From positions 3,456,001-3,520,000 of the forward strand of contig CBDCOH010000002.1 of NCBI GenBank assembly GCA_965219685.1: a stretch of DNA of 64,000 nt, given 5' to 3'. The notes below the pieces were generated by a model. It made no database searches, was not told where the DNA came from, and saw only the letters and a program-made list of their open reading frames with translations. The position numbers and the translations under genes were made by a program. The number at the start of each line of letters is the position of its first letter. Within the stretch, counting starts at the first letter, position 1. Positions 57,868 to 64,000 of the stretch are shown here, in pieces. Source of the DNA: Candidatus Spongiisociaceae bacterium. GTDB lineage: Bacteria > Actinomycetota > Acidimicrobiia > Spongiisociales > Spongiisociaceae.

Positions 57868-58115
57868 GCCGGTTTGTGCATATGCACGTCTGTTTTCCCG
57901 TGTCCTGACGGGCTACCGGTCTGATCCCATGCCGGTGACGAGTCCGGGCATGGGTCGGCACAAGTAAGGGTTCGCTCGATCGCGGGCCGCCGGTCGCGGC
58001 GGCGCCGTGATGCGCGGACCGGTAGACGAACGGATGCGAGTCCCACCCGGTCGGTTCCTCATGCATCGAGGGTCGACGCGGGCCGGGTTTCGCCTGCGTA
58101 TCCGAGGAGCAGGAT

Positions 58116-58487
58116 TTGCCGACCATCCAGCAGTTGGTGCGCCAGGGTCGCAAGCCCAAGGCGCGGAAGGAGAAGACGCCGGGTCTCGCCGGGTCGCCCC
58201 AGCGGCGCGGTGTGTGTACCCGCGTCTACACGATCACCCCGAAGAAGCCCAACTCGGCGCTTCGAAAGGTGTGCAGGGTGCGCCTCACTTCGGGGATGGA
58301 GGTCACCGCCTACATCCCGGGAGAGGGGCACAACCTCCAGGAGCACTCCATCGTGCTGGTGCGCGGCGGGCGGGTCAAGGACCTGCCGGGTGTGCGCTAC
58401 AAGGTGATAAGAGGCACGCTTGACGCCGCGGGCGTCGAAGGACGCCGCCAAGCGCGGTCCCGCTACGGATCCAAGAAGGGCCGCTGA
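58116..58487 (+). CDS. rpsL: 30S ribosomal protein S12
   Basis: [29 protein letters not shown]; TTG start after GAGGAG. Confidence 0.98.
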   Translation: MPTIQQLVRQGRKPKARKEKTPGLAGSPQRRGVCTRVYTITPKKPNSALRKVCRVRLTSGMEVTAYIPGEGHNLQEHSIVLVRGGRVKDLPGVRYKVIRGTLDAAGVEGRRQARSRYGSKKGR

Positions 58488-58954
58488 TGCGCAGGGCACC
58501 CGCCGAGAAACGGCCTGTCGAGCCCGATCCGGTATTCCGCAACATCATGGTGGGCCAGGTCATCAACCAGGTCCTTCTGAAGGGCAAGAAGGAGAAGGCC
58601 CGCAAGATCGTCTACCGGTCTCTCGAGATCGTCTCCCGCCGGAGCGGCCAGGACTCATTGGTCGTGCTGAAGCGGGCGATCGACAACCTCCGACCCCAGG
58701 TCGAGGTGCGCTCCCGGCGCGTGGGCGGCACCTCATACCAGGTACCTGTCGACGTACGGCCCCGGCGGGCGTCGACGCTGGCGGTGCGGTGGCTGGTCGG
58801 CTACGCCCGGGGTCGTCGTGAGAAGACCATGGCCGAGCGCCTCGCCTACGAGATCCTGGACGCCTCCAACCACACGGGGACCGCCATAAAGCGCAAGGAA
58901 GATCTCCACAAGATGGCGGAGTCCAACAAGGCCTTCGCCCACTACCGGTGGTAG
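58487..58954 (+). CDS. rpsG: 30S ribosomal protein S7
   Basis: [29 protein letters not shown]. Confidence 0.98.
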   Translation: MRRAPAEKRPVEPDPVFRNIMVGQVINQVLLKGKKEKARKIVYRSLEIVSRRSGQDSLVVLKRAIDNLRPQVEVRSRRVGGTSYQVPVDVRPRRASTLAVRWLVGYARGRREKTMAERLAYEILDASNHTGTAIKRKEDLHKMAESNKAFAHYRW

Positions 58955-59011
58955 CACCGGCAGAACGGCAGAAACAGGGAACCAGAACGATTCGGTGTAA
59001 GAGACAAAGCG

Positions 59012-61132
59012 ATGACCACCCCCAACACCTTGACGCATCTGCGCCAGTACCCGCTGAGCCGGACACGGAACATCGGGATCATGGCTCATATCGACGCGGG
59101 CAAGACCACCCTCACCGAGCGCATCCTCTACTACACGGGCCGGACCTACAAGCTGGGCGAGGTCCACGAGGGCGCCGCGGTCATGGACTGGATGGAGCAG
59201 GAGCAGGAACGGGGCATCACCATCACCTCCGCCGCCACGACCTGCGAGTGGTACGGCCACTGGATCAACATCATCGACACGCCCGGCCATGTGGACTTCA
59301 CCGTCGAGGTGGAGCGTTCCCTCCGGGTACTGGACGGCGCGGTGGCGGTCTTCGACGCGGTGGCAGGAGTGGAGCCCCAGTCCGAGACCGTATGGCGCCA
59401 GGCCGACCGATACAGCGTGCCCCGCATCTGCTTCATCAACAAGATGGACCGGGTCGGGGCCGATTTCTTCGCGGCGGTTGATTCGATCGAGGAGCGCCTC
59501 GGCGCCGTACCGATGATCATGCAACTCCCCATCGGGGAGGAGACCGGCTTCACGGGTGTCATAGACCTGATCGAGATGGTCGCCCACACCTGGAAGGGCG
59601 ACGACGGGCGCACCTGGAACACCGGCCGGATCCCCCCCGAGTACGCGGTCCTCGCCGACGAGTACCGCGGGCAACTGGTCGAGCAGGTGGCCGAGATCGA
59701 CGAGAAGCTACTCGAGAAGTACATAGAGGACCTCGACATCTCCCCGGGCGAGATCACCAGCGCCGTCCGGGCCGGCACCCTCCAGCATCTGTTCACCCCG
59801 GTGTTCTGCGGCTCGGCCTTCCGCAACAAGGGCGTGCAGTTGCTGCTGGACGCGGTGGTCGCGTACCTCCCCAGTCCGGTGGACGTCTCCGCCATCCAGG
59901 GGTTCCTGCCGGACGACTGCCGGGGGCCCGTCACGCGTGCACCTGACGACAGCGAGCCATTCGCCGCGCTCGCCTTCAAGATCGTCAGCGATCCCCACGT
60001 CGGCAAGCTCACCTACTTCCGGGTCTATTCCGGCCACGCCCCCAAGGGCGGGAGGGTCATGAACTGCACCAAGGGCCGCAAGGAGCGCTTGGGCCGCCTG
60101 CTCCGGATGCACGCCAACCACCGGGAGGACCGCGACGACGTCTTCGCCGGCGACATCGTGGCGGCGGTCGGACTCAAGCACACCGCCACCGGGGACACCC
60201 TCTCCGCGATGGGCCATCCCGTCCTGCTCGAGGCCATGAGCTTCCCGGCCCCCGTCATCTCGGTGGCCATCGAGCCGCGGTCCAAGGCCGACCAGGAGAA
60301 GCTGTCGGAGTCGCTCGCGCGGCTGGCCGAGGAGGATCCCACCTTCCTGGTGCGCATCGACCAGGAGACCGGCCAGACGATCATCTCCGGCATGGGGGAG
60401 CTCCACCTCGACATCCTGGTCGACCGCCTGGTCCGGGAGTTCAGGGTCGATGCCAACGTGGGCCGTCCCCAGGTGGCCTACCGGGAGACGATCAGGGGTC
60501 CGGTCCGACGCGTGCAGTACCGCCACGTCAAGCAGACGGGCGGCAAGGGCCAGTTCGCGGTGGTCAAGGTGGATCTCGAGCCCACGGGCCCGGGAGGCGG
60601 CTACGAGTTCGTGGACGAGATCAAGAGCGGGGCGGTCCCCCGCGAGTTCATCCCCTCGGTCGATGCGGGCATCGAGTCGGCGCTGGACCAGGGAGTGCTG
60701 GCGGGCTACCCGCTGGTCGACGTGCGGGCCCGCCTCGTGGACGGCCAGTCCCACGATGTGGACTCCTCCGAGATGGCGTTCCGCATCGCCGGTTCGATGG
60801 TGCTCAGGGAGGCCGCCCGCCGGGCCGGCGTGAAGCTCCTGGAGCCGGTGATGGAGGTCGAGGTGGTCACGCCCGAGCAGTACATGGGCGAGGTGATCGG
60901 CGACCTGTCGTCGCGGAGGGGACGCATAGGCGAGATGGGTCAGCGTGGGAACAACCGGGTCATCAACGCCCGGGTTCCCCTATCGGAGATGTTCGGCTAT
61001 GTTACCGATCTGCGGTCCAACACCCAGGGCCGTGCCACGTCGAGCATGCAGTTCCACTCGTACAACGACGTACCGGATCAGGTTTCCCAGCGCATCGTCG
61101 CCTCGGTGCGCGGCGAGTACATAGGAGGTTGA
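59012..61132 (+). CDS. fusA: Elongation factor G
   Basis: [29 protein letters not shown]. Confidence 0.98.
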   Translation: MTTPNTLTHLRQYPLSRTRNIGIMAHIDAGKTTLTERILYYTGRTYKLGEVHEGAAVMDWMEQEQERGITITSAATTCEWYGHWINIIDTPGHVDFTVEVERSLRVLDGAVAVFDAVAGVEPQSETVWRQADRYSVPRICFINKMDRVGADFFAAVDSIEERLGAVPMIMQLPIGEETGFTGVIDLIEMVAHTWKGDDGRTWNTGRIPPEYAVLADEYRGQLVEQVAEIDEKLLEKYIEDLDISPGEITSAVRAGTLQHLFTPVFCGSAFRNKGVQLLLDAVVAYLPSPVDVSAIQGFLPDDCRGPVTRAPDDSEPFAALAFKIVSDPHVGKLTYFRVYSGHAPKGGRVMNCTKGRKERLGRLLRMHANHREDRDDVFAGDIVAAVGLKHTATGDTLSAMGHPVLLEAMSFPAPVISVAIEPRSKADQEKLSESLARLAEEDPTFLVRIDQETGQTIISGMGELHLDILVDRLVREFRVDANVGRPQVAYRETIRGPVRRVQYRHVKQTGGKGQFAVVKVDLEPTGPGGGYEFVDEIKSGAVPREFIPSVDAGIESALDQGVLAGYPLVDVRARLVDGQSHDVDSSEMAFRIAGSMVLREAARRAGVKLLEPVMEVEVVTPEQYMGEVIGDLSSRRGRIGEMGQRGNNRVINARVPLSEMFGYVTDLRSNTQGRATSSMQFHSYNDVPDQVSQRIVASVRGEYIGG

Positions 61133-61138
61133 CACACC

Positions 61139-62326
61139 ATGGCTAAGGCGAGGTTTGAGCGGGTTAAGCCGCATGTGAATGTTGGGACTATGGGTCATAT
61201 TGATCATGGTAAGACGACGTTGACTGCTGCGATTACTCGGGTGTTGTCTGAGCGGGTGGCTGGGAATACGTTTACGGTGTTTGATGAGATTGATAAGGCG
61301 CCGGAGGAGCGTGAGCGGGGTATTACGATTGCTATTGCGCATGTGGAGTATGAGACTGTGGGTCGTCATTATGCGCATGTGGATATGCCGGGGCATGCGG
61401 ATTATATCAAGAATATGATTACGGGTGCTGCTCAGGTGGATGGTGCGGTGTTGGTGGTGTCGGCGGCTGATGGTCCGATGCCTCAGACGCGGGAGCATGT
61501 GTTGTTGGCGCGTCAGGTGGGGGTGCCTTGTATTGTTGTGGCGTTGAATAAGGTTGATTTGGTGGATGATGAGGAGTTGTTGGAGTTGGTGGAGTTGGAG
61601 GTTCGGGAGTTGTTGGATGATTATGGGTTTCCGGGGGATGACGTGCCGGTGGTGCCGGTGTCGGCGTTGGCGGCTTTGGAGGGGGATGAGGCTGCTGCGG
61701 GGGGTGTGCTGGAGTTGATGGATGCGGTGGATTCGTATGTTCCGGTTCCGGACCGTCCGGTGGATCGGCCGTTTTTGATGCCGATCGAGGATGTGTTTTC
61801 GATTACTGGTCGGGGGACGGTGGTGACTGGGAAGGTTGAGGCTGGGGTGGTTCATGTGGGTGATCCGGTTGAGGTGGTGGGGATTCGGGAGACTCGTCGT
61901 ACGGTGGCGACGGGGGTGGAGATGTTCCGTAAGTTGTTGGATGAGGGTCGGGCTGGTGACAATGTGGGGGTGTTGTTGAGGGGGGTGCGCAAGACGGAGG
62001 TGGAGCGGGGTCAGGTGTTGGCTGCTCCGGGGTCGATCACGCCGCATACTGGGTTCGAGGCTCAGGTGTATGTGTTGACTAAGGATGAGGGTGGTCGGCA
62101 TAATCCGTTTTTTGCTGGGTATCAGCCGCAGTTTTATTTCCGTACGACGGATGTGACTGGTCGGGTTGCGTTGCCTGATGGGGTGGAGATGGTGATGCCG
62201 GGTGATAACACTCGTATGTCGGTGGAGTTGGGTTCGGCTATTGCTATGGATGAGGGGTTGCGGTTTGCGATTCGTGAGGGTGGTCGTACTGTGGGTGCGG
62301 GCACTGTCACCAAAATCACAAAATAA
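61139..62326 (+). CDS. tuf: Elongation factor Tu
   Basis: [31 protein letters not shown]. Confidence 0.98.
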   Translation: MAKARFERVKPHVNVGTMGHIDHGKTTLTAAITRVLSERVAGNTFTVFDEIDKAPEERERGITIAIAHVEYETVGRHYAHVDMPGHADYIKNMITGAAQVDGAVLVVSAADGPMPQTREHVLLARQVGVPCIVVALNKVDLVDDEELLELVELEVRELLDDYGFPGDDVPVVPVSALAALEGDEAAAGGVLELMDAVDSYVPVPDRPVDRPFLMPIEDVFSITGRGTVVTGKVEAGVVHVGDPVEVVGIRETRRTVATGVEMFRKLLDEGRAGDNVGVLLRGVRKTEVERGQVLAAPGSITPHTGFEAQVYVLTKDEGGRHNPFFAGYQPQFYFRTTDVTGRVALPDGVEMVMPGDNTRMSVELGSAIAMDEGLRFAIREGGRTVGAGTVTKITK

Positions 62327-62376
62327 CCGGAAGAACACAGGGCCGTCGAGCACTCAGGAACCAGCGAGAAAGCGTC

Positions 62377-62685
62377 ATGAAAGAACCAAGGATCCGGATC
62401 AAACTAAAGGCGTACGACCACCAAGTGGTGGACGAGTCTGCGCGCAAGATAGCCGAGACCGTGATCCGCACCCAGGCGATAGTCCACGGTCCGGTCCCGC
62501 TTCCCACCAGGGTCCATAGGTACTGCGTGATCCGTTCGCCTCATGTCTACAAGGACTCTCGCGAACACTTCGAGATTCGTACCCACAAGCGGCTTATCGA
62601 CATCCTCCGCCCCACGCACAACACAATCGAGTCGCTGATGCGGCTCGACCTTCCGGCGGGGGTGGAAGTGGAGATCGAGACATGA
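62377..62685 (+). CDS. rpsJ: 30S ribosomal protein S10
   Basis: [29 protein letters not shown]. Confidence 0.98.
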   Translation: MKEPRIRIKLKAYDHQVVDESARKIAETVIRTQAIVHGPVPLPTRVHRYCVIRSPHVYKDSREHFEIRTHKRLIDILRPTHNTIESLMRLDLPAGVEVEIET

Positions 62686-63323
62686 GCCCGGCCGCGATCC
62701 TCGGCGAGAAGGTGGGCATGACCCGCATCTTCGACGACCAGGCGCGTGCCATCCCCGTGACCGTCATCAAGGCCGGCCCCTGCCACGTGACCCAGATCCG
62801 CACCGAGGAGACCGACGGGTACGCCGCCGTGCAACTCGCCTACGGCAGCATCAAGCCCCGCGGGGCCAACAAACCGGCTGCCGGGCACTACGCCAAGGCG
62901 GGGGTCGAGCCGGCGCGCCACCTTCTCGAGGTTCGGGTGGACGACGTCGACGGGTTCGAGCTAGGCCAGAAGCTGCGGGTCGGCGACCTGTTCGTCGCCG
63001 GCGGCAGGGCGGACGTGACCGGCGTCTCCAAGGGCAAGGGTTTCCAGGGAGTCATGAAGCGTCACAACTTCCACGGCCAAGCCGCCAGCCACGGCGCCCA
63101 CAAGGTCCACCGGGCACCCGGCGCCATCGGCGCGTGCGCCACGCCGGCCCGGGTCTTCAAGGGCACCAAGCTGCCCGGCCGCATGGGCGGCGAACGAACC
63201 ACCGTCCTGAACCTCGTGGTGGTCGGGGTGGACACCGAGCGCGACCTCCTGGTGCTCCAGGGCGCGGTGCCCGGGCCCAAGGGCGGCCTGGTCTTCGTGC
63301 GGGAGGCGGTGAAGAGTGGCTGA
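62682..63323 (+). CDS. rplC: 50S ribosomal protein L3
   Basis: [25 protein letters not shown]. Confidence 0.98.
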   Translation: MSPAAILGEKVGMTRIFDDQARAIPVTVIKAGPCHVTQIRTEETDGYAAVQLAYGSIKPRGANKPAAGHYAKAGVEPARHLLEVRVDDVDGFELGQKLRVGDLFVAGGRADVTGVSKGKGFQGVMKRHNFHGQAASHGAHKVHRAPGAIGACATPARVFKGTKLPGRMGGERTTVLNLVVVGVDTERDLLVLQGAVPGPKGGLVFVREAVKSG

Positions 63324-64000
63324 GCAGACGGCCCGTCCGGTGGCCTCCATGTACGACTCGCTGGGCGCCCACCGCGGTGAGGTGGTGCTGGATCCCGCCT
63401 TGTTCGGCGTCGAGCCCAACCTGGACGTGATGCACCAGGTGGTGGTGGCGCACCTGGCCGCCCGCCGCGCCGGAACGGCCAACACCAAGACCAGGGCCGA
63501 GGTGCGGGGCGGGGGGCGCAAGCCCTGGCGCCAGAAGGGGCTCGGGCGAGCCCGGCACGGCTCGATCCGCTCCCCCATCTGGGTCGGCGGAGGCGTGGCT
63601 CACGGGCCCAAGCCCAGGAGTTACGCGCAGCGCACCCCGCGCAAGATGCGAGGCGTGGCCCTGCGGAGCGCGTTGTCGGCGCGGGCGTCCGAAGGAGCCG
63701 TGAAGGTCGTGGCCGAGTTCGACTGGGGGTCGCCCAAGACCAAGCTGGCCCACTCGCTGCTCGACGAGATCGGCGTGGACGGCAAGGCCCTCGTCGTGCT
63801 GGACCGCTCCGAGGCCACCGCGGCCCGCTCCTTCCGCAACCTTCCGACCGTGGTGCTCGGGCGGGCGGGGCGTCTCAACACCTACGACATCCTGTGGTCC
63901 GACACCGTCGTCTTCTCGGGCCGGGCCCTGGAGGAGACCACCGGCCTGCCGGTGGAGACCCTGCCCGGACCGTACGACGTGTCGGATGACGACTTCGTAA
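63316..64000 (+). CDS. rplD: 50S ribosomal protein L4 (runs off window edge)
   Basis: Manual translation from GTG 63316: [29 protein letters not shown]; the frame is open to the window end. Confidence 0.95.
   Translation, partial: MAEQTARPVASMYDSLGAHRGEVVLDPALFGVEPNLDVMHQVVVAHLAARRAGTANTKTRAEVRGGGRKPWRQKGLGRARHGSIRSPIWVGGGVAHGPKPRSYAQRTPRKMRGVALRSALSARASEGAVKVVAEFDWGSPKTKLAHSLLDEIGVDGKALVVLDRSEATAARSFRNLPTVVLGRAGRLNTYDILWSDTVVFSGRALEETTGLPVETLPGPYDVSDDDFV

Noticed and set aside
61139-62326. Diversity-generating retroelement as the cause of the tuf bias
   Set aside because: No reverse transcriptase or TR/VR pair in the window; DGRs mutate adenines to any base, whereas C>T is prominent here and spans the whole gene.
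60980-62353. 457-aa antisense ORF over tuf
   Set aside because: A shadow frame of tuf; its His/Pro/Ile/Gln-rich composition simply mirrors the G/T codon bias.

Overview
High-GC Actinomycetota chromosome segment around the replication origin. Gene content suggests class Acidimicrobiia, but that is inference. Left part: DUF3566-gyrA-gyrB-DciA-recF-dnaN-oriC-dnaA (minus), then rpmH-rnpA-yidD-yidC-jag-parS-parA-parB (plus), and trxA/trxB, an ECF sigma/anti-sigma pair and a pseudokinase (minus). Middle: CCA-adding enzyme, MFS transporters, an acyl-CoA catabolic cluster, two B-lectin/L,D-transpeptidase paralogs, serS, six tRNAs (Leu, all four Ser isoacceptors, Arg), a long Alu-type SRP RNA, tadA and a decayed integrative element. 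Right end: start of the str/S10 operon. Main unexplained signals: (1) tuf alone has almost only G/T-ending codons, a C>T/A>G strand-biased signature that starts at its ATG and flips to A/C in the last codons; (2) heptamer tandem arrays sit at gene ends with G/T-left, A/C-right polarity, and two of them adjoin paralogous unannotated ~55-aa coiled-coil/TM proteins; (3) an ArsC-family gene has an in-frame UGA at the catalytic Cys followed by a SECIS-like hairpin, so it is a probable selenoprotein. All calls come from motif recognition by eye; no database searches were run.
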